Shown here piece by piece: positions 38,889 through 49,132 of a stretch of 64,000 bases of DNA. The first letter of the stretch is position 1. Each line of letters starts with the position of its first letter. The translations under genes were made by a program, and so were the position numbers. This DNA is from a bacterium. Lineage in GTDB: Bacteria; Fibrobacterota; Fibrobacteria; UBA11236. The stretch lies in NCBI GenBank assembly GCA_900299345.1, contig OMJM01000065.1, positions 16,531 to 80,530 of the forward strand, given 5' to 3'. The notes under the pieces were generated by a model. The model saw only the letters and a program-made list of their open reading frames with translations. It had not been told where the DNA came from and did not search any database.

Positions 38889-38898
38889 AACGGAGCTC

Positions 38899-39807
38899 AT
38901 GATGTCTGAATCCAAGTCCCTGTTGTATATCGATCCACACATCCACATGGTTTCGCGCACCACCGACGATTATCAAGCCATGCGCGATGCGGGCATCGTG
39001 GCCGTGATAGAACCCGCCTTCTGGATCGGTCAGCCGCGCACCACGCCGGGTACATTCGTGGATTATTTCGCATCGTTGCTGGGATGGGAGCGTTTCCGTG
39101 CCTCGCAATTCGGCATCCGTCATTATTGCACCATGGGCCTGAACTCCAAGGAAGCCAACAACGAAGCACTGGCGGAACAGGTATTGGAAATCCTTCCGCG
39201 TTTCGTGGGCAAGGAAGGTGTGGTTGCTGTCGGCGAAATCGGTTATGACGAGATCACGGCAGCAGAGGAGAAGGCCTTTCGCATTCAGCTGGAGCTGGCC
39301 AAGGAAACCAACATGCCAGTGATGATCCACACCCCGCATCGCGACAAGAAACGCGGGACTTCACGCAGCATGGATGTCTGTTTGGAGCACGGCTTGTCTC
39401 CCTCCATGGTGGTCATCGATCACAACAACGAGGAGACGTGCAAGGAAGTTTTGGATCGCGGTTTTTGGTGTGCCTTCACCATCTATCCCAAAACCAAGAT
39501 GGGCAATATGCGCATGGTGGATCTCGTCAAGAAGTACGGTTCCGAACGCGTCATCGTGGACAGCAGCGCGGATTGGGGAGTCAGCGATCCGTTGGCGGTT
39601 CCCAAGACCGCGAATCTCATGCTTGAACACGGCATCTCTCGCGCCGACGTGGAGTTGACCTGTTACCGCAACGCGTTGACGGTGTATGGCAAGAGCGGAC
39701 AAATCAAGGAAGGAGACTGGTTGAATCCTTCCGAAGCGGATCGCACCTTGTTGTTCGAGGGCAACAGTGTGATGCGCGGTCAGCCCGACAAAAAAATCAT
39801 TGAATAA
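38899..39807 (+). CDS. TatD-family metal-dependent hydrolase (amidohydrolase superfamily)
   Basis: IDPHIHM (HxH), EIGYDE, MIHTPH and VDSSADWG match the TatD metal-ligand pattern. Confidence 0.7.
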   Translation: MMSESKSLLYIDPHIHMVSRTTDDYQAMRDAGIVAVIEPAFWIGQPRTTPGTFVDYFASLLGWERFRASQFGIRHYCTMGLNSKEANNEALAEQVLEILPRFVGKEGVVAVGEIGYDEITAAEEKAFRIQLELAKETNMPVMIHTPHRDKKRGTSRSMDVCLEHGLSPSMVVIDHNNEETCKEVLDRGFWCAFTIYPKTKMGNMRMVDLVKKYGSERVIVDSSADWGVSDPLAVPKTANLMLEHGISRADVELTCYRNALTVYGKSGQIKEGDWLNPSEADRTLLFEGNSVMRGQPDKKIIE

Positions 39808-39839
39808 AAAAACCGAGGCTCCCTTGTGGGGAGCCTCGG
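39803..39839. terminator. bidirectional intrinsic terminator between the convergent TatD-like and rpoD genes
   Basis: A-tract, 11-bp GC-rich stem CCGAGGCTCCC-TTGT-GGGAGCCTCGG. On the minus strand it is followed by U8, which makes it the rpoD terminator. A second small hairpin plus TTTT at 39873..39891 serves the plus strand. Confidence 0.65.
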
Positions 39840-39917
39840 AACCCGGGGATGGAGAGGGGGAGAGAGGTATCTCGGAGAATCTCCGGGTTTTAGGAACTTG
39901 TTTCTTTTAATCTATCG

Positions 39918-40775
39918 CTAACCGGCCAAAGCGAGTTCACGAGTTTCTTCCAAGTTGCGCAGGGCCGCCAAACCTTTTTCTTTGATTTGACGCACCCGTT
40001 CCTTGGAAAGACCAATCACTTCGCCAATTTCCTCCAAATTCAGGGGTTCGTGGTATCCAATCCCGAAATACATGCTCAAAACGGTTTTTTCCTGATCCGG
40101 GAGACGGTGGAGCAGGTCGGATACGTACTGGCGGCGGGAATCCTCTTGTACCACAGCATCCGGGGATTCGGCGGCGGTATCTTCAACCAAGTCCATCACC
40201 GAAGAACCTTCGTCGTTGCCCAAGGGTTCATCCAGCGAGGAGTGGCGGAGGCCCATTTCAATGATTTTTTCGACCTGTTTACCGCTGTAACCCAACTTTT
40301 TGCCCAAGGCATCGGTATCCACCTGCATCCCCCCGCCCACGGTCTGGCGCATGGGGACGTTGTGCTTCGAGAACCGACGCAGGATGAGCTCTTTCTCGGC
40401 GCTGATGCGCACCAGACGGGCGCGTTCCGCAATGGCGCGGGTGATGGCCTGACGGATCCACCACACGGCGTAGGAGATGAATTTCAGCTCACGGTTGATG
40501 TCGAAACGGTGGGCCGCTTCGATCAAGCCGATATTGCCTTCGTTGATGAGCTCGGGCAATGAGAAGCCCTGATTCTTATACATGAAGGCCACATTGATGA
40601 CGAATTTCAGATTGGAGCAAACGAGTTTGTTCGTGGCCCGCTGATCACCGGCCTTGACCCGTTTCAGCAGTTCCACTTCCTCCTTGCGGGTCAGCAGGGG
40701 GTAGCGGCTGATGTCCTTGATGTACTGGTAGTACAGCGAGGCACCTTCCCAGGCTTCCATTGATTGATGCGTCAT
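39918..40775 (-). CDS. rpoD: RNA polymerase primary sigma factor, short Bacteroidetes-type SigA
   Basis: 285 aa with sigma-70 regions 1.2, 2, 3 and 4 (ISYAVWWIRQAITRAI, ...LEEIGEVIGLSKERVRQIKEKGL). Region 1.1 and the long spacer are absent, as in FCB-group SigA. Confidence 0.85.
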   Translation of the reverse strand: MTHQSMEAWEGASLYYQYIKDISRYPLLTRKEEVELLKRVKAGDQRATNKLVCSNLKFVINVAFMYKNQGFSLPELINEGNIGLIEAAHRFDINRELKFISYAVWWIRQAITRAIAERARLVRISAEKELILRRFSKHNVPMRQTVGGGMQVDTDALGKKLGYSGKQVEKIIEMGLRHSSLDEPLGNDEGSSVMDLVEDTAAESPDAVVQEDSRRQYVSDLLHRLPDQEKTVLSMYFGIGYHEPLNLEEIGEVIGLSKERVRQIKEKGLAALRNLEETRELALAG

Positions 40776-40951
40776 GGCTGAATCCTTGGTTGAGTTCTAT
40801 GGATTCAATTATACGCGGGAGGCCCCCCAGGGTTTGTCACGGAAGTGTCATACCCCCGCATTTTTTCAGGCAAATAACGTTGCGGGGAGCTAAGTTTTAC
40901 TCCCCAGGCCCAATTTGTGGGCCGAATAGGCCAATTTCCGGAGTTTTTGAC

Positions 40952-43276
40952 GTGAATATCATTGAAACCCTTACCGCTGAAACCAAGCTCAAGACAGAAC
41001 AGGTTCGCAACACGCTGGCCCTGTTCGATCAAGGATCCACCGTGCCATTCATCGTGCGCTATCGCAAGGAAGCCACGGGTTCGCTGGACGAAAATCAAGT
41101 GCGGTTGCTGGAAGATCGATATGCGTACTTCAAGGAACTCGAGGAACGCAAACAGACGGTTTTGAAGAGCATCGAAGCGCAAGGAAAGCTCACGGCTGAA
41201 TTGCGGAAAACGATCGAAGAGACCGCGTCCCGCACCGAACTCGAAGACGTCTATCTGCCGTTCAAGCCCAAGCGTCGCACGCGCGCCATGGCGGCGAAAG
41301 AAGCGGGACTCGAACCGCTTGCGCGTATTCTCGAAGCGCAGGAAGTGCAGGGGAATCAGACGCCGGAACAAATCGCGGCAGCCTATGTGAACGCAGAGAA
41401 AAACATCGCGGATGCGGCGGCTGCATTGCAGGGGGCGCTCGACATTCTCGCCGAAGAGTTGGCGGAAAATCCCGAAGTACGCGCACAGGTTCGCGACATC
41501 GCTTTCAAGCAGGGCGTGTTCACGGCGCAGGCCCGCAAAGAGTGGGAAGGTAAGCGCTCCAAGTTCGAGATGTATTACAGCTTCAAGGAGAAGGTGAACA
41601 ATCTTCCATCGCACCGTGTGCTGGCCATGCGCCGAGGTGAAAAGGAAGAGGTCCTTCGCACGGAACTCCAGCTTGAGGATGGAAAGATTCTGTCGTTGCT
41701 TCAGCAGCGCGCCATCAAACCTTCCTCGCCGTTCCAGCCGGATCTGGAAAAAATGGTGAAGGATTCCTACGAGCGTTTGTTGAAGCCAGCCATTGAAACC
41801 GAAACGCGCATGCACCTTCGCGAAAAGGCCGAGATCGAAGCCTTTTCCGTGTTCCAGAAAAATCTTTCCGATGTGCTGCTGGCCCCGCCGGCCGGCGCCA
41901 AAGCGGTCATGGGCGTAGATCCCGGTTTTCGCACCGGCGTGAAACTAGCCGTGGTGGACGCGACGGGAAAACTGTTGGAACACCGCACCATCTATCCCTT
42001 GCAACCGCAGAACCAGCGTGATGCTTCCACCACGATTTTGCTGGCCATGATGGAAAGCTTCAAGGTGGAAATCGTGGCCATCGGCAACGGTACCGCTTCG
42101 CGCGAAGTGGATGAGTTTATTTCCGAAGCCATGAAGCAGCTGGAGTCGGCTCCCATCAAAGTGGTGGTTTCCGAGGCCGGAGCTTCGGTGTATTCGGTTT
42201 CGCCGACCGCCTTGAAGGAGTTCCCCGATCTCGACGCCACGATCCGCAGCGCGGTTTCCATCGCCCGTCGCATTCAGGACCCTTTGGCAGAACTGGTGAA
42301 AATCGAGCCCAAGTCCATCGGCGTGGGTCAATATCAGCATGATGTCAATCAAGGTGAATTGAAGCGTAAACTGGAACAGGTGGTGGAATCCTGCGTGAAC
42401 CGCGTGGGTGTCGATGTAAACCAGGCTTCAGAGGACTTGTTGGGATACATCTCCGGGGTCAATAAGAATCTTGCCAAGAGCATCGTGGAATACCGCAATC
42501 AGAATGGCGCTTTTTCTTCGCGCGCCGCGCTAGTCAAGGTGCCGCATTTCGGTCCTAAAGCATTTGAGCAGGCGGCCGGATTCTTGCGGGTGCGTGGAGC
42601 AGAAAATCCCCTCGACGCTTCGGCCGTGCATCCGGAGCGCTATGAACTGGTGCGTACCATGTGCGAAGAAAGCGGTGTTCCGCTCGCCGAGATCATCGGC
42701 AACGTGGACGCCATTCGCAAAATCGATCTGAACAAATACGCGACCGGAGATGTGGGGCTGCCCACCTTGGTTGATATTGCGGCCGAACTGGAGAAGCCCG
42801 CGCGTGATCCGCGCTCAGAATTCGTGTATGCGCGTTTCAACGCCAAGGTGCAGGATCTCAAGGATTTGACGGAAGGCCTGTGGCTGGAAGGTGTCGTCAC
42901 CAACGTCACCAACTTCGGCGCATTTGTGGACATTGGTGTGCATCAGGACGGCCTTGTGCACGTTTCCGAACTCAGCGACAAGTTCGTATCCGATCCCAAG
43001 CTGGTCGCGGCACCGGGTCAGGTGGTGAAGGTGCGCGTGCTGAGTGTGGACATGGAACAGAAGCGTATTTCGCTGTCCATGAAAAAAGAAGCCGCACCCA
43101 AAAAGCAGGCGGAAGGGAAGAGGGATTCCCGCGGTCACAAGCCCGCTGGAAAACCCAAGAAACCCCTCGCCACCATGGATCAGTTGGTGAACAAGTTCAA
43201 CAGCGAAGGCAAGAAAAAGCAGAACGACGTCAAGCTTCAGTTCTCCCTGAAATCCTTGATGCGTTCGGGCCGATAA
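40952..43276 (+). CDS. tex: transcription accessory protein Tex (S1 RNA-binding)
   Basis: 774 aa from the GTG at 40952. YqgF/RuvC-like and HhH regions plus a C-terminal S1 domain (EGVVTNVTNFGAFVDIGVHQDGLVHVSEL). Length matches E. coli Tex. Confidence 0.9.
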   Translation: MNIIETLTAETKLKTEQVRNTLALFDQGSTVPFIVRYRKEATGSLDENQVRLLEDRYAYFKELEERKQTVLKSIEAQGKLTAELRKTIEETASRTELEDVYLPFKPKRRTRAMAAKEAGLEPLARILEAQEVQGNQTPEQIAAAYVNAEKNIADAAAALQGALDILAEELAENPEVRAQVRDIAFKQGVFTAQARKEWEGKRSKFEMYYSFKEKVNNLPSHRVLAMRRGEKEEVLRTELQLEDGKILSLLQQRAIKPSSPFQPDLEKMVKDSYERLLKPAIETETRMHLREKAEIEAFSVFQKNLSDVLLAPPAGAKAVMGVDPGFRTGVKLAVVDATGKLLEHRTIYPLQPQNQRDASTTILLAMMESFKVEIVAIGNGTASREVDEFISEAMKQLESAPIKVVVSEAGASVYSVSPTALKEFPDLDATIRSAVSIARRIQDPLAELVKIEPKSIGVGQYQHDVNQGELKRKLEQVVESCVNRVGVDVNQASEDLLGYISGVNKNLAKSIVEYRNQNGAFSSRAALVKVPHFGPKAFEQAAGFLRVRGAENPLDASAVHPERYELVRTMCEESGVPLAEIIGNVDAIRKIDLNKYATGDVGLPTLVDIAAELEKPARDPRSEFVYARFNAKVQDLKDLTEGLWLEGVVTNVTNFGAFVDIGVHQDGLVHVSELSDKFVSDPKLVAAPGQVVKVRVLSVDMEQKRISLSMKKEAAPKKQAEGKRDSRGHKPAGKPKKPLATMDQLVNKFNSEGKKKQNDVKLQFSLKSLMRSGR

Positions 43277-43408
43277 ATCATCGCTGATTGATTTTCCCCA
43301 AAAACACCAGATTCAAAGGTGTTATTGGAAGAAATGGTGCGGGAAAAAAAGGCGTTGGCGGTATATTTTCAGCGGTTCCGAGAGGTTTAATCCCAACGAG
43401 GTAGAGAT

Positions 43409-44842
43409 ATGAAATCGTTCAAAATTCTTTTCCAGTTATCCGGCGTGGCCTGTCTCGCTTTGGCGGTTTCTGCGGGTGCGCAAGCCTTCACCAAGGCCGA
43501 TTCAGGTTGGGTACGCATTTTCAACGGGACAAATTATGCCGGATTGTATTCCCGCCTTTATGCGCAGCCGGTGGTACTCCCGACGGCAGACAACAGCGCT
43601 TGGACAGCCACGGCTGCAATGAGCATCATCTATGGTGGAACCGATAGCGCTGGTTTGAAAACCACCACCGGCAATCGGGGAGAGGTGGGCACTGTCAAAA
43701 CGAATTACAGTCATTACCGCACACGCTTGGAATACAAGTTCGATACAGCCGTTGCGACTTTGAACGGAGGCTTGCTTTATGGAGTGGACGAGTCGAAGAA
43801 TCGCATGCAGAACAACTGGCCGCGCGGCATTGAATTCCAGATGCAGCAAAACCAGACAGGTGCGGCTTATTCGATTCAACAGGTCACTTTCAATACCCGC
43901 GTCACAGGCAGTGCTTACAGCCCCACTGGAAATCTGGTGACTGTTTGCGAAATCGGCAAAACGGGACAACCTTGCAATGCGCGTTCTTATGCGGCAACTC
44001 CCACCCTTCAATCCATCGCGAACGGCAGGACGAGATGGATGCACATTGAATTGATCCAGCGTGGTGCCGACACCGCGTGGCACTGGGTGAATGACACTCT
44101 AGTCATGAAGATCTGGAACATCCGCATCTTCAACGATTCCACCCGCCCCACGGGATCCACTTCTAGCGGGCAAAATTCCGCCTCCAACTTCACTCCCGAC
44201 GGCCCCTACCCCAGTGGTGCTCTTGCGATCGAGGCCGAAGGCGGGGCAATCTATCACCGTCGTTGGGAAGTGATGGAATTTCCGGCTTCCACACCGATGA
44301 ACGAGAATTTTCTGCACCGTGTGGTGTTGACGAACCGCCAGCCGATTCGTCCTGCGGCGAGCTCTTCTGTTTCCATCCTGTGGCGAAGCATCGGCACCAT
44401 CCCCAAGGTCAAGTTGCAGTACAAGATGGGATCTTCCGGCGCATGGCAGACGATCACCGATTCCACGGCCAATACGGGAACCTACACCTGGACCGCGCCG
44501 GCCACGATTACGGATTCCCTGCGGTTCCGCATCAGCGGCAACGACTATGTAGTCGCTGACTCGACGGGTCCATTCACCACGACAGGCATCCATTCGGTGT
44601 CCGCTCAGGCGCAGCGATTCACTTTGGATGGCCGCGGGTTGATTTTGTCCGACGTGAAGGGGTACGACCGTGCTGAAATTGTTGATGTCTTCGGTAGAAC
44701 GATTCGCATCATCCCCATCAATGGTGAAAACTTGCATTGGGATTTGACGGATGGCCGTGGTACGCATGCTTCCAAGGGTCTGTACTTTGTGCGGTTGAAG
44801 GGGAATGGTTTTGCCACGACGGTTCGCGTCCCCATTTTTTAA
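43409..44842 (+). CDS. DUF1080 (3-keto-disaccharide hydrolase-like) domain protein with T9SS C-terminal domain
   Basis: Signal peptide. GWVRIFNGTNYAGL fits the DUF1080 N-terminal pattern. C-terminus ...AEIVDVFGRTIRII...GLYFVRLKGNGFATTVRVPIF is a T9SS CTD. Confidence 0.65.
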   Translation: MKSFKILFQLSGVACLALAVSAGAQAFTKADSGWVRIFNGTNYAGLYSRLYAQPVVLPTADNSAWTATAAMSIIYGGTDSAGLKTTTGNRGEVGTVKTNYSHYRTRLEYKFDTAVATLNGGLLYGVDESKNRMQNNWPRGIEFQMQQNQTGAAYSIQQVTFNTRVTGSAYSPTGNLVTVCEIGKTGQPCNARSYAATPTLQSIANGRTRWMHIELIQRGADTAWHWVNDTLVMKIWNIRIFNDSTRPTGSTSSGQNSASNFTPDGPYPSGALAIEAEGGAIYHRRWEVMEFPASTPMNENFLHRVVLTNRQPIRPAASSSVSILWRSIGTIPKVKLQYKMGSSGAWQTITDSTANTGTYTWTAPATITDSLRFRISGNDYVVADSTGPFTTTGIHSVSAQAQRFTLDGRGLILSDVKGYDRAEIVDVFGRTIRIIPINGENLHWDLTDGRGTHASKGLYFVRLKGNGFATTVRVPIF

Positions 44843-44863
44843 TTGATTTTGGATTTTATTTCG

Positions 44864-44903
44864 CCGCTCCGGACCGCAAGCCCGGGGCGGTTTTTTTTAT
44901 TTA
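44864..44903 (+). terminator. Rho-independent terminator
   Basis: CCGCUCCGG-ACCGCAAGC-CCGGGGCGG hairpin followed by UUUUUUUUAUUU, directly after the DUF1080 gene. Confidence 0.75.
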
Positions 44904-44910
44904 AGCATTC

Positions 44911-45102
44911 ATGACCACGAAGAATTCACAACTCTACGGCATTGCGGCCCTTGCGGCATTGCTTGGGATTTTTTTTCTGATCCGTCGTCGTATGCGTTGG
45001 GGATTTCTCCTGTTCAGTGTGCTGGTGGCCTTGGCGGAAAAATGGCGGGAAGGGCGGGAAATGAACCGCATCCGTGAGTGGATGGACTCCGCCGGAATTT
45101 GA
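44911..45102 (+). CDS. putative small two-TM membrane protein
   Basis: 63-aa ORF with two clear hydrophobic helices, starting 8 nt after the terminator. No homology recognised. Confidence 0.3.
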   Translation: MTTKNSQLYGIAALAALLGIFFLIRRRMRWGFLLFSVLVALAEKWREGREMNRIREWMDSAGI

Positions 45103-45110
45103 CGAGGAAT

Positions 45111-46271
45111 ATGTCCGATCCCGCCGTCTTTACAGAATCCGATCTTCGACAATTGCAGGCTGCGGGAATCACTCCTGAAAAAGCTCTTCGGCAACTGGAA
45201 CAATTCCGCCATACGGAATTGCCAAAGTTATCGAGGCCCTGTACCCTCGGAGATGGTATTTCATCCTTGCCAACGGACACATCAGAATTGGAACAACATT
45301 TTTTAAACGCTTCGAAGGAAGGACGAATCGTTCATTTTATTCCGGCGTCAGGTGCGGCCACGCGCATGGGCTTGGGGGATCTTCCCAAAGCCATGGTTCC
45401 TTTTCATCGCTATGGTTCCCGAACAGCGACACCGGTGGAGGAGCACATTCGTGAGGCCGCAGCTTTGGCACAGTATGCCGAGCCGCGAATGCATTTCACC
45501 ATCGCTCCTGAACATGAAGCTGTTTTTCGGTACCATCTGGATGAAACGCTCAAGTTGCTGGTTGGTGAGGGGATTCGCGCGGAAGTCACCTGTTCGTTGC
45601 AGGATCCTGCAACGCAGACTTTGGCATTGGACGCGGATGGAAAACTTTTTCGGGAAGCTTCGGGAAAATTGTTACTGAGGCCTGGTGGTCACGGCGCGTT
45701 GTTGGGCAATCTGGAAAATTGTGGCGCGGAGTTCGCCTGGATCCGGAATGTGGACAATATCGCAGTGGACTCTCATCGTCGAAAAGGGAGAAAGACCCAT
45801 CGCGCATTGGCGGGCGCTTTGATCAAGGCTGCGCGGGAACGTACGGTTGTAAAAAGGCCGCTGCGGGTTTGTGGTATGGTTCCGAATACGGGAGAGCCGG
45901 GCGGAGGCCCCTTTTGGGTTTCTACAAAGGATGGCGGAAGCAGCATTCGCATTGTGGAATCCGCGGAAGTGGATTCCAGTCAGATGGACGTGTTTCGTTC
46001 AGCGACACACTTCAATCCTGTGGATATGATCTGTGCTTTGCAGGACTCGTCGCGCAATCCTTTCCGATTACAGGAGTTCGCCAATCCCAACGCTTGTTTG
46101 GTGGCTCGCAAAATCCACGAAGGACGCGAACTTTCGGCCTTGGAATGGCCCGGATTGTGGAATGGCGGCATGGCCGGTTGGGACACGGTATGCGTCGAGA
46201 TTCCATTGTCTTTGTTCACGCCGGTGAAGACACAAGAAGACTTGCAACGGCCGGAACATCGGGCCGATTAG
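45111..46271 (+). CDS. DUF4301-like protein
   Basis: N-terminus FTESDLRQLQAAGITPEKALRQLEQF and FIPASGAATRM resemble the DUF4301 family. ATG at 45111 is preceded by GAGG. Confidence 0.45.
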   Translation: MSDPAVFTESDLRQLQAAGITPEKALRQLEQFRHTELPKLSRPCTLGDGISSLPTDTSELEQHFLNASKEGRIVHFIPASGAATRMGLGDLPKAMVPFHRYGSRTATPVEEHIREAAALAQYAEPRMHFTIAPEHEAVFRYHLDETLKLLVGEGIRAEVTCSLQDPATQTLALDADGKLFREASGKLLLRPGGHGALLGNLENCGAEFAWIRNVDNIAVDSHRRKGRKTHRALAGALIKAARERTVVKRPLRVCGMVPNTGEPGGGPFWVSTKDGGSSIRIVESAEVDSSQMDVFRSATHFNPVDMICALQDSSRNPFRLQEFANPNACLVARKIHEGRELSALEWPGLWNGGMAGWDTVCVEIPLSLFTPVKTQEDLQRPEHRAD

Positions 46272-46312
46272 GCTTTCCAACAAAAGGCTAAATTGAATTC
46301 CCAAAAGGGAGA

Positions 46313-47002
46313 GTGATCGTGGACGGCAAGGAACGCGCGGGAATCTGGGCTTCAGAGCAGGTGAAGGACGGCATGACGGTGGGACTCGGAACGGGATCTA
46401 CCGCCGCGCATTTTGTCCGTGCCCTGGCACGCCGCATCAAGGAAGACGGTCTCAAGATCCGCATGGCATCGAGTTCCTTTTCCACGGCATTGCTGGTGGA
46501 AGAATTGGGTCTTCCGTTGGTGTCCCTGGATCAGGTGGATAGGGTGGACTTATACGCCGATGGCGCGGATGAAGTCGATCCACAAAAGCGATTGATCAAG
46601 GGGCGCGGAGCTGCCATGGTCCGGGAAAAGATTCTGGCGCACATGGCGGATCGGTTCCTCGTATTGATCGAACCCATCAAGTGCGTGGAACGGCTCGGTG
46701 TCAAATTTCCCCTGCCGATCGAAGTATTGCCTTTCGCCCATAAACTGGTCCATAAGGAAGTTATGGCCTTGGGCGCCTCTTCAATCGCGATGCGCCAAGC
46801 GACCGAAAAAGACGGACCTGTGATTACGGATCAAGGGAACTTTGTGCTCGATGCGCGGTTTCCAAAATCCGTGGACGTCGCGTCTCTGGAGAGCGCGCTG
46901 GACAACATTCCCGGTGTGGTTGGCCACGGCCTTTTTGCCCGCTACACCAAGCGCATCACCGTGGCCATCGGGCTTGCCACCGGCGTCGAGGTGGTGCCCT
47001 AG
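46313..47002 (+). CDS. rpiA: ribose-5-phosphate isomerase A
   Basis: VGLGTGSTAAHFV, DGADEVD, KGRGAAMVREK and FPLPIEVLP are RpiA motifs. GTG start. Confidence 0.85.
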   Translation: MIVDGKERAGIWASEQVKDGMTVGLGTGSTAAHFVRALARRIKEDGLKIRMASSSFSTALLVEELGLPLVSLDQVDRVDLYADGADEVDPQKRLIKGRGAAMVREKILAHMADRFLVLIEPIKCVERLGVKFPLPIEVLPFAHKLVHKEVMALGASSIAMRQATEKDGPVITDQGNFVLDARFPKSVDVASLESALDNIPGVVGHGLFARYTKRITVAIGLATGVEVVP

Positions 47003-47005
47003 CCT

Positions 47006-47596
47006 ATGCGCAATCCGCTCCAGTGGTTGCTTAAAAGTTTCCTCAAGGGGTTGCTCATTGTTGTGCCGCTCACGGTCACGATATGGGTCATCTTCAGTGT
47101 CTTCAACTGGATCGACGGCCTCCTCAATATCCGCATTCCAGGCCTCGGGTTCCTGCTGACCCTCCTTATCATCGTGGTGGCGGGAGCGTTGGGTTCAAAC
47201 ATTGTGGCGGATCGATTCATCGCGTTGCTGGAAAAATTCCTGAACCGGCTGCCACTGGTCAAACTCATTTATTTCTCCCTCAAGGATCTCATCGGTGCTT
47301 TTGTGGGAGAGAAGAAAAGTTTTCGTTTTCCGGTGCTGGTTACGCTCTATCCCGACAGTGGTGTCAAGGTGCTGGGTTTTCTCACCTCCGAGGAGCCGGG
47401 ACTTCCGAGTGCACCGGATCACGTAGCCGTGTATCTGCCGCAGTCGTACAACTATTCCGGATTTCTCGTCGTGGTTCCCCGCACTCAAGTAACGCCGCTG
47501 CCGCCTTCCGAAAGTTCACGTTGGCTGTCCTTTGTCATTTCCGGCGGAGTTTCCGGTGCCGCACAGGGTTCGGAATCTTCCGGATCTTCCCATTAG
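47006..47596 (+). CDS. DUF502 family membrane protein
   Basis: Two N-terminal TM helices and a conserved C-terminal region (VYLPQSYNYSGFLVVVP). Confidence 0.6.
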   Translation: MRNPLQWLLKSFLKGLLIVVPLTVTIWVIFSVFNWIDGLLNIRIPGLGFLLTLLIIVVAGALGSNIVADRFIALLEKFLNRLPLVKLIYFSLKDLIGAFVGEKKSFRFPVLVTLYPDSGVKVLGFLTSEEPGLPSAPDHVAVYLPQSYNYSGFLVVVPRTQVTPLPPSESSRWLSFVISGGVSGAAQGSESSGSSH

Positions 47597-47620
47597 CTTT
47601 CGCACGACGGAACGGGTAAT

Positions 47621-49129
47621 TTGATCTCCTCGTCAATACGCAACGATGGAGATATTTCATTGAGAACCCTGTGGATCGTGGTGTCCTGCCTGTTCATGGC
47701 GGGTTGCAAACCGGATGGATTCTGGACCCGGAAACGTCAGGTTCCGCCGCAACTGGAATCTTCTCCTCAAGCCACAAATGTTCAAGATGCCCCGCGAGCC
47801 ACTGGAAAGTATGGTGACTTCCAGCAAATCTTCGCGGATGTGGCTGAAGGCGCTCTGCCTTCGGTGGTAAGTATTCACAGCGAAAAGCAGGTGGCCGCAG
47901 AGCCCGAGTCCAACGATGATGAGTCACCCTTTGAATATTTCTTTGGAAGCCCCGGAGGCCCCCCGCATCGCGAGGAGGGCCTCGGTTCCGGAGTCATTAT
48001 CAGCCCGGACGGAACCATTCTCACCAACAACCATGTCATCGAAGATGCGGATCGGATTCGCATCCAGTTGCACGACGAGCGCGAGTTCGAAGCGGAGATT
48101 TTGGGCACGGACAAGGCGTCCGATGTCGCCGTGATCCGCATCAAGAACGCCAGGGAATCTTTTGTGGCGATGCCGTTGGGCGATTCGGAGAAATTACGGA
48201 TCGGCGAATGGGTGATTGCCGTCGGCAGCCCCTATGGTCTGTCGCAAACCGTGACCACGGGCATCATCTCCGCCAAGGGCCGCCACAATACGGGCATCAA
48301 CAGCTACGAGAATTTCATCCAGACTGACGCCGCCATCAATCCCGGAAACTCCGGCGGTGCGCTGCTCAACCTGCGCGGAGAACTCGTGGGCATCAACACG
48401 GCCATCTTTTCACGGAGCGGAGGCTATCAGGGAATCGGTTTTGCCATTCCCATCAGCATGGCGAAGCGCATTTCCGCGGATCTGATTCGCGATGGGGAAG
48501 TGACGCGCGGCTGGCTCGGAGTTTCCATTCAGCCACTCGAACCGGAACTGGCCGAGGCATTGGGGGTGAAGGATCGCAAGGGAGTGTTGGTGGGCGGCGT
48601 TATTCCCGGAAGCCCGGCGGATAAGACAGGTATCAAAAACGGAGATGTGATTCTCCGCGTGAATGAGAAGCCGATGCAGGATCCCAATGATCTTCTCAAT
48701 TACATCGCTCTCCAGCGTCCCGGAACCTGGTTGGATGTGGAGATCAATCGCAATGGAAAAACGCTGGTATTCAAAACCAAAATCACCCGCAGAGACGAAG
48801 GACGAATGGCTGGCCTGCAGAACCGCGAGGAGGGAAACGCCGCGGAACTGTCCCGTCAGGGGATGGCGATCGCCAATCTTTCTCCGGATACGCGCCGTCG
48901 CTACGATATTCCCACCACGGTGACGCAGGGTGCTGTGGTGACGGCGGTGGAACTCGGAAGCCGTGCTTCGCGGGCGAGGTTGCGTGAAGGCGATGTCATT
49001 GTGGAAGCCAACCGGGCCAGGATTCTTAACGCGGGAAATTTTCAGGAAACACTGCGCGGAGCCAGCCGCGGAAACCGTATTCTTCTGTTGGTCAATCGCA
49101 ACGGAGAAACATTCTTCACCACGTTCTAA
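47621..49129 (+). CDS. htrA: Do/DegP/HtrA family serine endoprotease with two PDZ domains
   Basis: Catalytic motifs TNNHV, D, and GNSGGAL, followed by two PDZ regions. An in-frame TTG at 47660 would give a lipoprotein signal (MRTLWIVVSCLFMAGC). Confidence 0.85.
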   Translation: MISSSIRNDGDISLRTLWIVVSCLFMAGCKPDGFWTRKRQVPPQLESSPQATNVQDAPRATGKYGDFQQIFADVAEGALPSVVSIHSEKQVAAEPESNDDESPFEYFFGSPGGPPHREEGLGSGVIISPDGTILTNNHVIEDADRIRIQLHDEREFEAEILGTDKASDVAVIRIKNARESFVAMPLGDSEKLRIGEWVIAVGSPYGLSQTVTTGIISAKGRHNTGINSYENFIQTDAAINPGNSGGALLNLRGELVGINTAIFSRSGGYQGIGFAIPISMAKRISADLIRDGEVTRGWLGVSIQPLEPELAEALGVKDRKGVLVGGVIPGSPADKTGIKNGDVILRVNEKPMQDPNDLLNYIALQRPGTWLDVEINRNGKTLVFKTKITRRDEGRMAGLQNREEGNAAELSRQGMAIANLSPDTRRRYDIPTTVTQGAVVTAVELGSRASRARLREGDVIVEANRARILNAGNFQETLRGASRGNRILLLVNRNGETFFTTF

Positions 49130-49132
49130 CCG

